Shown piece by piece: positions 8,977 through 19,416 of a stretch of 64,000 nucleotides of DNA; positions within the stretch are counted from its first letter, which is position 1, and every line of letters begins with the position of its first letter. Made by a program: the position numbers and the translations under genes. The DNA is from Armatimonadota bacterium (GTDB taxonomy: Bacteria > Armatimonadota > Fimbriimonadia > Fimbriimonadales > GBS-DC), in assembly GCA_023511915.1 (NCBI GenBank), contig JAIMAN010000005.1, forward strand, positions 8,465 to 72,464. Direction: 5' to 3'. The notes under the pieces are model-generated. The model was not told where the DNA came from. It was given only the letters and a program-made list of their open reading frames with translations, and ran no database searches.

Positions 8977-10197
8977 CTATTTTGCGCGGGATTGACGCAG
9001 GGCGAGCGCGCTGAGCAGCAGGCTCACCAGCCACGCGCCGACGGCGACGCTGAGGATGCCCGCCTGAAAGTCGCCCGTAAGCGCGACCAGCGTGCCTGGA
9101 ATGAACGAGCCGCCGACCCCGCCCAGCAGCACGGTCGTCCCGTTGTATAGCCCCGTGCCCGCGCCGACGCGCTCTGCGGGCAGCATCCCCTGCAAGGTCG
9201 CAAACTCCTGCGCGTTGAAACTGCTCTGCAGGAACACCCCCAGCGCCAGCAGCGCAATCACCATCGCGTTGGCGTCTACATACGCCGTTAGCAGCACACA
9301 CAGCCCTGCCAGCAGCAGCCCCGCACTGGCGAACGGCACACGCCTGCCCGTGCGGTCGCCCCAGTACGCCCAGAAAAACACGCCCGCAGTCCCCGCGATG
9401 AACACCCCGAACAGCGGCAGGCTCAACTCGCCGAACGGGATGCCGCGCGTGCGGTTCAGATAACTGGGCAGCCAGTTCAGGATGCCGAACACGCAGAAGG
9501 CGTTGCACACGCCCGCCGCAAGGTACAGCCAGAACGCCAGCGGATCGCGTGCGCCGTATGCCCGCAGCGCGTCGGCGAGATGCAGGCGCGCGCCCGAACC
9601 CTGCGACGGCTGCCAATCGGGCGGCTGGTCGCTGATGCAGCGCACCACCAACGGTAGACTAACTGCCATCCCCGCCGCGCCCAGCAGTAGAAAGGTCGCC
9701 CGCCAGCCGAACCGCTCCGCCAGCGGCACCACAATCAGCGGCGCAACCGCCAGCGCGACCAAGATGCCCGCCACATAGATCGAGTTTGCCCGCCCGCGCT
9801 CGTGCGGGGCGAACCACCGCCCGACCAGCGCGCTGTTCATCGGCATATGCACGCTCTCCGCCGCGCCCAAGAGCAGGCGCAGCGCAATCAGCGCGCCCAG
9901 CGAGCCACCCAACGGGTAAAACAGCATCGTGCAGACCGAAAAGCCCACCACCGACGCCATCAGGCTGCGCTTGACGCCCCACCGCTCCGCCAGCGGGCTA
10001 AGGATCACCTGCGCTACGCCGAAGGTCAGGTAGAACGCGCCCAGCAGCAGGTTGCCGTAATGCCCGATTTGGCGGTCGTCCCAGCCGAACTCGCGTGCAA
10101 CCTGCGGCAGCACAATCGCCAAGTTGTTGCGATCCAAGTAATGCACGAACACCGTGACCGCCAGCACCAGCGGGATTGTCCATCGGTTGCGCGTCAT
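8977..10197 (-). CDS. MFS transporter (ACS-like)
   Basis: YLDRNN, RLLLGAAES, WFAPHERGRA, FGWR; about 12 hydrophobic segments. Confidence 0.85.
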   Translation of the reverse strand: MTRNRWTIPLVLAVTVFVHYLDRNNLAIVLPQVAREFGWDDRQIGHYGNLLLGAFYLTFGVAQVILSPLAERWGVKRSLMASVVGFSVCTMLFYPLGGSLGALIALRLLLGAAESVHMPMNSALVGRWFAPHERGRANSIYVAGILVALAVAPLIVVPLAERFGWRATFLLLGAAGMAVSLPLVVRCISDQPPDWQPSQGSGARLHLADALRAYGARDPLAFWLYLAAGVCNAFCVFGILNWLPSYLNRTRGIPFGELSLPLFGVFIAGTAGVFFWAYWGDRTGRRVPFASAGLLLAGLCVLLTAYVDANAMVIALLALGVFLQSSFNAQEFATLQGMLPAERVGAGTGLYNGTTVLLGGVGGSFIPGTLVALTGDFQAGILSVAVGAWLVSLLLSALALRQSRAK

Positions 10198-10212
10198 GGT
10201 GGGGGAGTATAC

Positions 10213-10755
10213 CTACCGCCTCCGAATCAGTCGCCAAAACAGATAACTCGCCAGCGCGCCGCCGACCAGCCCGCCCAGCAGCGACGCCAGCAGCGGGGGC
10301 AGCTGCATCTGCCCAAACAGCCACGCCAGCGGCAGCGAGAGGAGAACAATCAGCCCCAGCGTGTTGAGCAGCGCGCGGCGCGCTGTGCGCTGGGCGGCGC
10401 GCTCCAGCCGAAGCATTGCCTCGAAGTCCGCCGCGCCGTGCTGCAGGTACTCGTTCAAGCCGCGCAACTCCGCCACAATCAGGTCGGCGTCCTGCGCGCT
10501 GAGCGTGCGCACCGAGCGCGGGAAGTCGAAGGTCACATCGACCAGCGTCTGCGCGCCCCACGGCTGCACCTTCGCATCCACGATGATGGGCAACTGGCGC
10601 GGCGACATCGTGAGCAGGGCTTTCCACAGGCTTCCCCGCGCCCAGCGCAACTCCGACGGCAAAGTCCGATAGCCCACCGCGCCGAAGTAGTCGTTCAGCC
10701 GCGCGGTAGCGGTCTGCGCATCGCACGCCGTCGCGCCCGACCAGCGGAACTTCAT
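10213..10755 (-). CDS. Hypothetical membrane protein (two C-terminal TM helices)
   Basis: ATG overlaps the tdk stop codon; typical codon use. Confidence 0.6.
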   Translation of the reverse strand: MKFRWSGATACDAQTATARLNDYFGAVGYRTLPSELRWARGSLWKALLTMSPRQLPIIVDAKVQPWGAQTLVDVTFDFPRSVRTLSAQDADLIVAELRGLNEYLQHGAADFEAMLRLERAAQRTARRALLNTLGLIVLLSLPLAWLFGQMQLPPLLASLLGGLVGGALASYLFWRLIRRR

Positions 10756-11378
10756 GGCGTCTCCCCTGCGCGTCGGATACCCCGCAGCAGCCGCTTGCGA
10801 TAGGCAGGCGGTACGCGGCGCACCTGATGGCAGTTGCGGCAGCGCGCCTCGTAGTGGTCGTCCGCGCCGACCAGAATCGTCGGCTCGTCCCACGCGGCAG
10901 GGCGACCGTCCACCAGCCGCTGCGTGTGGCTCGCAGGGCGACCGCACTGCACGCAAATCGCGCGGAGCTTAATCACCTCGTCCGCGTGCGCCATCAGCAA
11001 CGGCATAATCCCGAACGGCTGGCGACGGAAGTCCTGATCCAGCCCCGCCACGATGACCGTCTTGCCCGCATCCGCCAGCTCCACGCACAGGCGCACCAAC
11101 TCCTCGTCGAAAAACTGCGCCTCCTCGATGGCGACGACCTCCGTGTCGGCGTCCAGATGGCACAGCAACTCGCGCGTGTTGCGCACGGGGATGGCTTCCC
11201 ACTGCACGCCGTTGTGCGTCGCGACGGCAGTGTGCGCGAAGCGGTCATCCAGCGCGTGTTTGAACACCTGCACCTTCTTGCGGGCATACATCGCGCGGCG
11301 CACAAGGCGTATCAGCTCCTCCGACTTGCCCGCGAACATACTGCCGCAAATCACGGTTAGTTGACCCAGCGGTTTCAT
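10752..11378 (-). CDS. tdk: Thymidine kinase
   Basis: [28 protein letters not shown] zinc site and YEARCRNC. Confidence 0.95.
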   Translation of the reverse strand: MKPLGQLTVICGSMFAGKSEELIRLVRRAMYARKKVQVFKHALDDRFAHTAVATHNGVQWEAIPVRNTRELLCHLDADTEVVAIEEAQFFDEELVRLCVELADAGKTVIVAGLDQDFRRQPFGIMPLLMAHADEVIKLRAICVQCGRPASHTQRLVDGRPAAWDEPTILVGADDHYEARCRNCHQVRRVPPAYRKRLLRGIRRAGETP

Positions 11379-11392
11379 GCGTGCACCTTCGA

Positions 11393-11419
11393 ATTCCCGA
11401 ACCCACACGCAATTCCTGC
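11393..11419 (-). promoter_or_regulatory. Sigma-H-like promoter of tdk (GCAGGAA-N16-GAAT)
   Basis: Recurrent motif. Confidence 0.55.
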
Positions 11420-11455
11420 AGGGCATGGGTACAATACTGCGGGAGGATACCGACG

Positions 11456-11905
11456 ATGCGATTGCCGTTCAAGAAAATCCTTGCGCCGACGGACTTCAGC
11501 GAGCCGTCCTACTATGCGCTCGATATGGCAGTGGAGCTGGCGGAGCATTTCAACGCCGAGTTGCACCTGCTGCATGTGGTGCCGCCGTTGCATGTGGTGC
11601 CCGTGCCCGTGAATGTGGAGATTCCGCTGTACGAAAGCGAGATGCGCGAGGCGGCGGAGCGCTCGATGGAAGAACTGATGGAGCAGCGCATCCCCAAGTC
11701 GCTGACCGTGTTCGCCAGCGTGATTTGGGGCGACCCCGCCGACGAGATTATCGCCTACCAGAAGGAGAAGGGGATTGACCTCATCGTAATCGCCACGCAC
11801 GGGCGCAGCGGTTGGAAGCGATGGGTCTTCGGCTCTGTCACCGAGAAGGTCGTGCGCATCCCGACCTGCCCCGTGCTGACCATCAACGCGCCACAGGAGG
11901 GCTAA
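11456..11905 (+). CDS. Universal stress protein
   Basis: [31 protein letters not shown]; GGAGG RBS. Confidence 0.92.
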   Translation: MRLPFKKILAPTDFSEPSYYALDMAVELAEHFNAELHLLHVVPPLHVVPVPVNVEIPLYESEMREAAERSMEELMEQRIPKSLTVFASVIWGDPADEIIAYQKEKGIDLIVIATHGRSGWKRWVFGSVTEKVVRIPTCPVLTINAPQEG

Positions 11906-11908
11906 GCC

Positions 11909-12637
11909 ATGCGGTTCTGGGACGGCAAGCGCCCGCAGATTTGGGCGCATCGCGGCGCGAGCATGCACGCCCCCGAAAACACGCTGTCCGCGTTCCGCCT
12001 CGCGCTGGAGATGGGCGCGGACTGCCTCGAACTGGACATCACCCCCAGCGCAGACGGCGCGCCGATGGTGATTCACGACCCCAACTTGGAGCGCACGACC
12101 AACGGCGCAGGCGATGTGCGCCAACTCAGCGCGGCGGAAATCCAACGCTACGACGCGGGCGTCAAGTTCGGCGCGAAATTCGCGGGCGAGCGCATCCCCA
12201 CCCTCAACGAGGTCTTCGAGGCGTTCGGCAACCGCACACGCTACAACATCGACATGAAGACCTTCTACCCCGAAGACCGCCCGATTGTGCGCACCGTGCT
12301 GGCGCTCATCGAAGAGTACCGCCTGATGCCGAATGTAATCATCTCGTCGTTCAGTTTGGACACGCTGCGCTGGTTTACGGAAGAGTCGCGCCGCATCCGC
12401 TTGGGCGTGCTGATTAGCCAATATACGCCCCACATGCTGTTGGAGGATGGGCGACGGTGGCAGGTGCGCTACGAGGCATTGCATCCCGAACACACGCTGG
12501 TAGACCCAGAGGCGATGCGCCGCGCCCGCCAACAGCGCAAAAAGATGGTCGTCTGGACGGTGAACGACGCGGAGCGCAAGCGCGAACTCGCCCAACTCGG
12601 CGTGGACGCCATTATCACGGATGACCCTGTGCGGTAG
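11909..12637 (+). CDS. Glycerophosphodiester phosphodiesterase
   Basis: AHRGAS, PENTLSAF, ELD, VIHD, WTVND, IITDDP. Confidence 0.92.
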   Translation: MRFWDGKRPQIWAHRGASMHAPENTLSAFRLALEMGADCLELDITPSADGAPMVIHDPNLERTTNGAGDVRQLSAAEIQRYDAGVKFGAKFAGERIPTLNEVFEAFGNRTRYNIDMKTFYPEDRPIVRTVLALIEEYRLMPNVIISSFSLDTLRWFTEESRRIRLGVLISQYTPHMLLEDGRRWQVRYEALHPEHTLVDPEAMRRARQQRKKMVVWTVNDAERKRELAQLGVDAIITDDPVR

Positions 12638-12643
12638 GTGGGA

Positions 12644-13492
12644 CTATCCCCCCTCGCGCCGACCTGCCTGCACGCCCTGCCAGACAATCTCCATCGGCTC
12701 GCCGTCGGGCGTGCAGTTGTAGACCGAGAAGTCCGTGACGCCCGCCTCGCGCAGCAGGTCTTCGTCGATCCACGCTTTGCCCGTGCAGGTGTGCGGCTCG
12801 CGGCGCACCAACTCGTACACGGCGTCCGCCATAATGTCCGCCTTGCGCCACTGCTGGGGCGTGCCCAGCCCCCACGCAATCGTCGCTTGGCTCTCAATCA
12901 GCGTGCGGGGCCACAGCGCGTTCACCGCGATATTATGCTCGCGCACCTCCTCCGCCAGCCCCAACGCCAGCATCGTCATCCCGAACTTGGAAATCATATA
13001 AGCGACCTTGCCGGGCAGCACGCTGAGGTCTATCGGTGGTGACATGTTGATAATGTGCCCCCAGCGCTGCTGAATCATCGTGGGCAGCACGAGTTGGGAG
13101 GCGACGAAACTCGCCCGCAGGTTCACCTGCATCACGAGGTCGAAGCGTTTGGGCGGCGTCTCCAGCGCGGGGTACCACCACAGCGCGCCCGCGTTGTTGA
13201 CCAAGATGTCGATGCGCCCGAAGGTCTCCAGCGTGGCGTCCACCATGCGCTGCAGGGCGTTCTCGTCGCGCACATCGACTTGGAGGGGCAGCGCACGCCC
13301 GCCCAGCGCGGCGACCTCCTCCGCGACGGTGTAGATGGTGCCGGGCAGGCGCGGGTCAGGCTCGGCGGTCTTGGCAGCGATGACCACCGCGACGCCCTCC
13401 TTCGCCAAGCGCAGCGCAATCGCGCGCCCAATCCCGCGACTCGCGCCCGTGATAATCGCCACGCGCCCCTGCAAATCGGTGTAGGTCGGCAT
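12644..13492 (-). CDS. SDR oxidoreductase (HSDL2-like)
   Basis: ITGASRGIG, AAKTAEPDPRLPGTI, NNAG, YMISK. Confidence 0.88.
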   Translation of the reverse strand: MPTYTDLQGRVAIITGASRGIGRAIALRLAKEGVAVVIAAKTAEPDPRLPGTIYTVAEEVAALGGRALPLQVDVRDENALQRMVDATLETFGRIDILVNNAGALWWYPALETPPKRFDLVMQVNLRASFVASQLVLPTMIQQRWGHIINMSPPIDLSVLPGKVAYMISKFGMTMLALGLAEEVREHNIAVNALWPRTLIESQATIAWGLGTPQQWRKADIMADAVYELVRREPHTCTGKAWIDEDLLREAGVTDFSVYNCTPDGEPMEIVWQGVQAGRREGG

Positions 13493-13544
13493 AGCAATAG
13501 CATACCCCGTTCGGGTACACTGTATGCCGACTCTGGAGGCTGGC

Positions 13545-14573
13545 ATGAAGACGACCAAACGCGCGAAGACCGCCACGAACTCGAAATCGGCGCAGCGGGC
13601 ATACACCCCGACCACGCAAGAGATTGTCGATTTGTATAAGCAGATGCTGTTTATCCGTCGCTTCGAGGAACACTGCGACAAGGCGTACCGCCAAGACAAA
13701 ATCGGCGGCTATTTGCACCTGTATATTGGGCAGGAGGCGCTCGCGCTGGGCTTTATCCACCACCTGCGCCCTGAAGACCGCGTGCTGGGGCACTATCGCG
13801 ACCACGCCTATGTGCTGGCGCTGGGCAGCGACCCGCGCGCGGTGATGGCGGAACTGTACGGCAAGGTCACGGGGCTGTGTCGCGGCAAGGGCGGCTCGAT
13901 GCACCTGTACGACAAGGCGAAGAACTTCCTCGGCGGCTACGGCATTGTGGGCGATGTGACGGGCATCGCTACAGGCGTCGCCTTCGCCCAGAAGTACGAG
14001 GAGACAGGGGGCATCACGCTCTGCTTCTTCGGCGACGGCGGCATGAACGCGGGACTGCTCCACGAATCGCTCAACATGGCGGGGCTGTGGAAACTGCCCG
14101 TGATTTACATCGTCGAGAACAACAAGTACGCCATGGGCACGCCCGTCGAACTGCACTCCGCTGTGCCGAACCTCGCGCAACGCGCCAGCGTCTACGGCTT
14201 CCCCAGCAAGCAGATCGACGGGATGGACATGTTTAATGTGCTGGACGAGGCGAAGGCGATTATCGACCATGTGCGCACGCACCAAGAGCCGTACTTCGTG
14301 GAGGCGATTGTGTACCGTTTTGTGGGGCACGGCGCGGCGGACATCACGGACCCCGGCTCGTACCGCACGCGCGAGGAGGTCGACGAGTGGCGCAAGCGCG
14401 ACCCGCTCACCAATCTCCAGCAGTACCTGTTAGCGCACAACTTGGCGACGGAGGCGGACTTGAAAGTCTGGGACGAGCAGGCGCGTGAGCAGGTCGCCGA
14501 CGCCGCCCGCTTCGCCGACGAAAGCCCCGACCCCGACCCCAGCGAACTCTCCATGCATGTGCTGGCGGATTAG
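13545..14573 (+). CDS. pdhA: Pyruvate dehydrogenase E1 alpha subunit
   Basis: IGGYLHLYIGQEA, GKGGSMH, FFGDGG, ENNKYAMGT, YRFVGH; GGAGG RBS. Confidence 0.9.
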   Translation: MKTTKRAKTATNSKSAQRAYTPTTQEIVDLYKQMLFIRRFEEHCDKAYRQDKIGGYLHLYIGQEALALGFIHHLRPEDRVLGHYRDHAYVLALGSDPRAVMAELYGKVTGLCRGKGGSMHLYDKAKNFLGGYGIVGDVTGIATGVAFAQKYEETGGITLCFFGDGGMNAGLLHESLNMAGLWKLPVIYIVENNKYAMGTPVELHSAVPNLAQRASVYGFPSKQIDGMDMFNVLDEAKAIIDHVRTHQEPYFVEAIVYRFVGHGAADITDPGSYRTREEVDEWRKRDPLTNLQQYLLAHNLATEADLKVWDEQAREQVADAARFADESPDPDPSELSMHVLAD

Positions 14574-14595
14574 GGCATCCTCTGCCGCGTAATCG

Positions 14596-14641
14596 GCAGG
14601 AATCGCTGTCGGGGGCAGGAATCATGTATCTTCCCCCGAAC
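14596..14641 (+). promoter_or_regulatory. Two interlocked sigma-H-like promoters
   Basis: GCAGGAA(14596)-N16-GAAT(14619) and GCAGGAA(14615)-N16-GAAC(14638). Confidence 0.55.
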
Positions 14642-14682
14642 CGAAACGCTATCTGGGGCGCAAGAACAGGGAGGTTATCTCG

Positions 14683-15498
14683 ATGCGCGATTCACTGAAA
14701 GACATGCCGTTGTCCACCGCGCTGCTGGTGGTCGTCACGCTGTTCGTGCTGGCGGGCAGCGTCCACCATGTGGCGTACACTTTTAGCACCTTAGAGGGCG
14801 GCAACCTGATTTGGGGCTATGTGCAGGCGTTAGGGATTGACTTGGGTATTCTGGGGCTGGCGTATGGCATCCAGTTGCGCAAGCGGCAGGGGCGCCCGAC
14901 GCTGCCCTTGTGGGGCGTGCTGATTCTGGTGACCTTCATCAGCGCGTATGCGAACTACCTGTACGGGATTATGCACCAGCAGCCGCTGCAGACCGCCAGC
15001 GCGTTCGACCAGATGGTGGTGTTCCTGCGTCCGTTCCTGCTGTCGGTGACGCTGCCGATTATTATGTTCGCGCTCATCGAAATCATCGGCGAGGATCGCA
15101 ACTACGCGCTGAAGGTGCAGGCGCAGTCGGAGTCCGCGCCTACGGAGCCGCCGCCCCAGCCTGAAGCGTCCGAGACTGCGCCGCGCGAGCCAGAGCCTGT
15201 GTACGCGCTGGTGCAGCCGATGGAGCGCAACGGCAACGGGCACGCCAGAGAAGCCACGATGGAGCAACTGCTGTGGCTGCTGTATGAGCAGCCGAACTTG
15301 CCGCGCACCAAACTCGCCGAGACGCTCGGTTGCTCGCGCCAGACGCTGTATAACTACCTGCAGGAACTCGAATCGCGCGGCTACATCCGACGCACCACCC
15401 ACGGCTACGAGACCGTCGTGACCCCGCTGCCCCGCAACGGCGCACGCAACGGAACCCGCACTTCTGCCAGTTTTCGCGACTCACGCGATTCGACTTGA
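14683..15498 (+). CDS. Membrane protein (4 TM, DUF2637-like) with C-terminal HTH
   Basis: Four hydrophobic helices incl. ALGIDLG and ISAYAN, Pro/Glu linker, PRTKLAETLGCSRQTLYNYLQELESRGYI HTH; GGAGG RBS. Confidence 0.7.
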   Translation: MRDSLKDMPLSTALLVVVTLFVLAGSVHHVAYTFSTLEGGNLIWGYVQALGIDLGILGLAYGIQLRKRQGRPTLPLWGVLILVTFISAYANYLYGIMHQQPLQTASAFDQMVVFLRPFLLSVTLPIIMFALIEIIGEDRNYALKVQAQSESAPTEPPPQPEASETAPREPEPVYALVQPMERNGNGHAREATMEQLLWLLYEQPNLPRTKLAETLGCSRQTLYNYLQELESRGYIRRTTHGYETVVTPLPRNGARNGTRTSASFRDSRDST

Positions 15499-15548
15499 CA
15501 CACGCGCCTACCCAGCGGGTATAATCCCTTTACTACCAAAGGAGGTCT

Positions 15549-15770
15549 ATGCCGATGGACACGAGACTGACGGAGCGTGAGCGGAACATTCTGCATCTGT
15601 TTGCGCAGGGGCATGACGCCGAAGCGATTGCTGACCAGTTGGGGATTACCACGGAACAGGTTGAACAAGCCTCACTGAATGTCCTGTATAAGCTCTTTGG
15701 CAGCTCGCTCAACTGTACGCTGGAGCCCGAAAGCGTCGCCGAGGAGCGCGAACTCGTCGGAGTATCGTAG
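15549..15770 (+). CDS. Small stand-alone LuxR/GerE-type HTH protein
   Basis: LTERERNILHLFAQG..IADQLGIT; AAGGAGG RBS; TTGACA-N19-TATAAT at 15495-15525. Confidence 0.75.
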   Translation: MPMDTRLTERERNILHLFAQGHDAEAIADQLGITTEQVEQASLNVLYKLFGSSLNCTLEPESVAEERELVGVS

Positions 15771-15802
15771 ACAAGGAAAATACCTGTACCCGTCGCCAGC
15801 GG

Positions 15803-15826
15803 ACGCCCCTGAGACTTCAGGGGCGT
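15803..15826. terminator. Hairpin between convergent genes
   Basis: ACGCCCCTGA-gact-TCAGGGGCGT perfect 10-bp stem. Confidence 0.65.
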
Positions 15827-15831
15827 TTGGC

Positions 15832-16182
15832 TTACTTGAAGTAGACAATCTGTCGCTGCGCCATCTCGTTGGACGGGTCGCGCCGTAGCACCTCCTCCAG
15901 CTCGCGCTTGGCTTCTGGCTCGTAGCCCAGCATCGAGTAGGTCAGCGCCAAGTCCAAGCGCGGTTGAATCGCTTCGGGGTTTAGCCGCACGGAGGTCTCC
16001 AGCTCCTGGATTGACTCGTCAAACAGCCCCGTGAAGCAGTAGACCAGCCCCAGCAGGTGGTGCGCCTCTGCCGAGTGCGGATTGCGCTGCAGCGCCTGCT
16101 TCAGCAGTTGCTCTGCTTCCTCGTAGCGCCCTTCGTTTTTGAGCGCGAACGCTTGCTCAATCAGTTGTTTCAGGTCGCCCAT
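15832..16182 (-). CDS. Tetratricopeptide repeat protein
   Basis: Three TPR-like units (AEAHHLLGLVY, RLDLALTY); GGAGG RBS. Confidence 0.85.
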   Translation of the reverse strand: MGDLKQLIEQAFALKNEGRYEEAEQLLKQALQRNPHSAEAHHLLGLVYCFTGLFDESIQELETSVRLNPEAIQPRLDLALTYSMLGYEPEAKRELEEVLRRDPSNEMAQRQIVYFK

Positions 16183-16374
16183 GTCTCGTGCCTACCTCCA
16201 TAGGATGCGATAATCACCGATAAGAGCTCCTTTGTTGCACGAGCGGCGCAAGTACCGTCGCCGTATTATACCCCAATTCGCGATTGTGTATACGCCGCCC
16301 AATCGCCGATTCCTGCCGATTCAGGGCGGCGACTTCGTGAAACCCGTATGAAAAACGGGTACACTATCGGGCGC

Positions 16375-17007
16375 ATGCTGCGAATCTATCTGGTGCGACA
16401 CGGGCAGACCGCGTGGAACCAAGTGGGACGCATTCAGGGACACTCCGACACTCCGTTAGACGCGGTGGGGCAGCGTCAGGCGCAGCAGGCGGCGCAGTGG
16501 CTATCCGTGCGCATCCAGAAACCCGTCGCCGTCTACAGCAGCGACCTGCAGCGGGCGTGGCGCACCGCGCAGGCGATTGCCGACGCACTGGGCGCGCCGC
16601 TGCACCCTGAACCCGCCCTGCGCGAGCGACACTGGGGACTGTGGGAAGGCTTGACCAGCGACGAAATCCAGCAGCGCTTCCCCGACCACCACTTCACCTA
16701 CCTGTACGACCCGATGATGGGCACGCCCCCCGAAGCCGAGCCGATGCAGGCGTTCTGGCAGCGTGTGCGCGCGTTCGGACACCGCCTGCTGGAACAGCAC
16801 CCCAGCGGCGAGGTGGTCGTCGTCGGGCACGGCGGCAGCCTGCGCATCCTGCTCTGCGAGGCGCTGTCAGGCGACATCCAGACCTATCGGCGCATCCGAC
16901 TGGACAACACGGGCGTCTCCGTCGTCGAGCGGGCAGGGGAGCGGCTCTATGTGAGCCTGCTGAACTACACCGACCACCTGAACGACCCCTCAGTGGACGG
17001 GTTCTGA
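16375..17007 (+). CDS. Histidine phosphatase (phosphoglycerate mutase family)
   Basis: LVRHGQTAWN, YSSDLQRA, LRERHWGLWEG, VGHGG. Confidence 0.9.
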   Translation: MLRIYLVRHGQTAWNQVGRIQGHSDTPLDAVGQRQAQQAAQWLSVRIQKPVAVYSSDLQRAWRTAQAIADALGAPLHPEPALRERHWGLWEGLTSDEIQQRFPDHHFTYLYDPMMGTPPEAEPMQAFWQRVRAFGHRLLEQHPSGEVVVVGHGGSLRILLCEALSGDIQTYRRIRLDNTGVSVVERAGERLYVSLLNYTDHLNDPSVDGF

Positions 17008-17081
17008 TAAGGTATACTACCCCGCGGTTTTAGGCTTAGGCGACGCAGGTCGCCACACGCAACGAAGGAGGAGCGACGAAC

Positions 17082-18155
17082 TTGAGTAAGATAGGCGTAG
17101 GCTTTATCGGAGCAGGCGGAATCGCGCAAGGGCAGCATATGCCCAGCTATGCGAAACTCTCCGACCGCGTGGAGTTGGTAGCCGTTGCCGATGTGAATGA
17201 AGCGGGCGCACGCGCTGCCGCCGAGCGGTTCCATATCCCCCATGTCTATACCGACTATCGCGAGATGATCCAGCGCGACGACATCCAGGTTGTGGTCGTG
17301 GCGACGCCCAACTTCCTGCACAGGGATACGACCATCGCCGCGCTGGAGGCGGGCAAGCATGTACATTGCGAGAAGCCGCTGGCGCGCAACGCGCACGAGG
17401 CGCGCGAGATGGTGCAAACCGCGCGGCGCGTGGGCAAGCTACTCCATGTGTCGCTGCAGTGGCGGTTTTCGGGCGTCGCGCAGTTCCTGCACAAATACAT
17501 CGTGCAGGAGGGCAATCTCGGCGAGGTCTATTACGCACGCGCCCACGCGCTGCGCCGACGCGGAATCCCAGGCTGGGGCGTGTTCATCGACAAGCAGAAG
17601 CAAGGCGGCGGACCGCTGATTGATATTGGCGTGCATATTCTGGACACGACCCTGTGGCTGATGGGCTACCCCAAGCCCGTAGCGGCGTTCGGCGCGACCT
17701 ACACCAAGTTCGGCAACCGTCCCGATGTCGTCGGGCTGATGGGACAGTGGGATCACACCAAGTTCACCGTGGAGGACTTCGCCGTCGGGCTAATCCGACT
17801 TGAAAACGGCGCGACCGTGACGCTGGAGTCGAGCTTCTGCGCGAATATCGAGCGCGACGAGTTCAACACGCTGCTGCTGGGCGACAAGGGCGGCGTGTTC
17901 GCTGACCCGATGAGCGAGCGTCCTGTGCGTATCGCGACCGAGCAGAACCGCACGCTGTATAATGTGGAGCCTGCGAACCTGCCGAATGTCAACTCGTATC
18001 AGGCGAATGTGGAGGCGTTCGTGGACGCGGTGCTGCACAACACGCCCGCGCCCATTCCGGGCGAGCATGGCTACTACCTGAACGCGATTATGGACGCGAT
18101 TTACGAGTCGTCGGCGACGGGGCGCGAGGCGCGCATCGATGTCGGGTTAGACTGA
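17082..18155 (+). CDS. Gfo/Idh/MocA oxidoreductase
   Basis: IGAGGIA, GKHVHCEKP, GGGPLIDIGVH; TTG start with AAGGAGG RBS. Confidence 0.9.
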   Translation: MSKIGVGFIGAGGIAQGQHMPSYAKLSDRVELVAVADVNEAGARAAAERFHIPHVYTDYREMIQRDDIQVVVVATPNFLHRDTTIAALEAGKHVHCEKPLARNAHEAREMVQTARRVGKLLHVSLQWRFSGVAQFLHKYIVQEGNLGEVYYARAHALRRRGIPGWGVFIDKQKQGGGPLIDIGVHILDTTLWLMGYPKPVAAFGATYTKFGNRPDVVGLMGQWDHTKFTVEDFAVGLIRLENGATVTLESSFCANIERDEFNTLLLGDKGGVFADPMSERPVRIATEQNRTLYNVEPANLPNVNSYQANVEAFVDAVLHNTPAPIPGEHGYYLNAIMDAIYESSATGREARIDVGLD

Positions 18156-18171
18156 GCGGCGGGCGCGCCCT

Positions 18172-19407
18172 TTGCGGATTGTGAAGTCGCTCTCGGCGTT
18201 CTGGGCGCTGGTGGTGATGGCGGGCTTCGCCGAGCTGGGCTATGTGACGCTCAACATCTCGGCGATGCCCGTCTATTTGCGGGAAGTGGTCGGGCTGGGC
18301 GAGTCGACCATTACGGTGGTCGGCTCGGCGTTCCTGCTTATGGAGGCGATTTTCCGCGCGCCGATGGGGATGCTGAGCGACCATATCGGCAGGCGTCGGC
18401 TGATCGTGCTGGGACCGCTGCTGACGGTGTTCACCTCGATGGCGACGCTTGTCGCAAGCCACCCACTGCAATTTATTGCGCTGCGCGCGCTGGACGGTCT
18501 GGGCGCGGCGATGCTCTGGCCCGCCGTCTACGCCGCGATCGGCGACTCCGTGCCCCTTCACAAGCGGGCATGGGCGATGAGCTTTCTGAACATGACCTAC
18601 ATGTCGGGCATCGCGCTGGGACCGCTGGCAGGCGGGCTGGTGAACGACCTCACGGGCGCGAAGCAAGCCTCGTTCTATCTCACCGCGTGCCTATTCACCG
18701 CAGCGACGCTGATTGCGTGGCGGTTCTACCCGCGCGATGGGCGCGCGCCCAACAGCGCGGACGGCGAATCGGGCGAGAAACTCTCGCTACGGGCGTTCCT
18801 GAACGCGCTGCGGATTGCGCCTGGGCACATGCTGCTGGCGTTCGTGGTGTTCTTCGGCATCGGGCTGATTATGCTGCTGGTCAAGCTCTACGCGATGGAT
18901 GAGTTCGGGGTGAGCGAGACTTTGTTTGGGGTGGGGTTAGTCGCGCCTGCGCTGGCGATTGCCGCGCTGAGCCTGCCGCTGGGACGGCTCGCTGATCGGC
19001 TGGGACGCACGCGCAGCATCCGTCTTGGGCTGACGCTGGCGGCGGGCGTGGTGTGGAGCGTGGTCGCGCCCTCGCAACCGCCGCTGGCATGGGTGCTGGT
19101 CGCCGCCGCGCTGGGCGCGATTAGCTTCGTGCTGACTTTCGCCGCATGGATGGCGGAGCTAAGCGAGATTGACCCCGAACGGCGCGGGGTGATGCTGGGC
19201 GCAGCAGGCACGGCGCAGGGCGTCGGCAGCATCCTCGGCGCGCTGCTCGGCGGGTTTTTGTACGAGCATGTGCCCCTGACGCTGGGCGACATTGCTATCC
19301 CCGCGCACCGCACGCCATTTATTGGCTGCGCCCTGATGCTCACGCTCGGCGCCGCGCTCAGCTGGCTCGTGCTGAAACGCGAGCGTGCGACCAGTATCGG
19401 CGGGTAG
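18172..19407 (+). CDS. MFS transporter
   Basis: GMLSDHIGRR and GRLADRLGR motif A; about 12 TM segments. Confidence 0.85.
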   Translation: MRIVKSLSAFWALVVMAGFAELGYVTLNISAMPVYLREVVGLGESTITVVGSAFLLMEAIFRAPMGMLSDHIGRRRLIVLGPLLTVFTSMATLVASHPLQFIALRALDGLGAAMLWPAVYAAIGDSVPLHKRAWAMSFLNMTYMSGIALGPLAGGLVNDLTGAKQASFYLTACLFTAATLIAWRFYPRDGRAPNSADGESGEKLSLRAFLNALRIAPGHMLLAFVVFFGIGLIMLLVKLYAMDEFGVSETLFGVGLVAPALAIAALSLPLGRLADRLGRTRSIRLGLTLAAGVVWSVVAPSQPPLAWVLVAAALGAISFVLTFAAWMAELSEIDPERRGVMLGAAGTAQGVGSILGALLGGFLYEHVPLTLGDIAIPAHRTPFIGCALMLTLGAALSWLVLKRERATSIGG

Positions 19408-19416
19408 AATTGTGTT

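Noticed and set aside
2-15770. Endospore programme (SpoVR, GerE-like HTH, sigma-H-like promoters)
   Set aside because: SpoVR and small LuxR HTH proteins are widespread in non-sporulating bacteria; no spo0A or spoII/III genes are in the window
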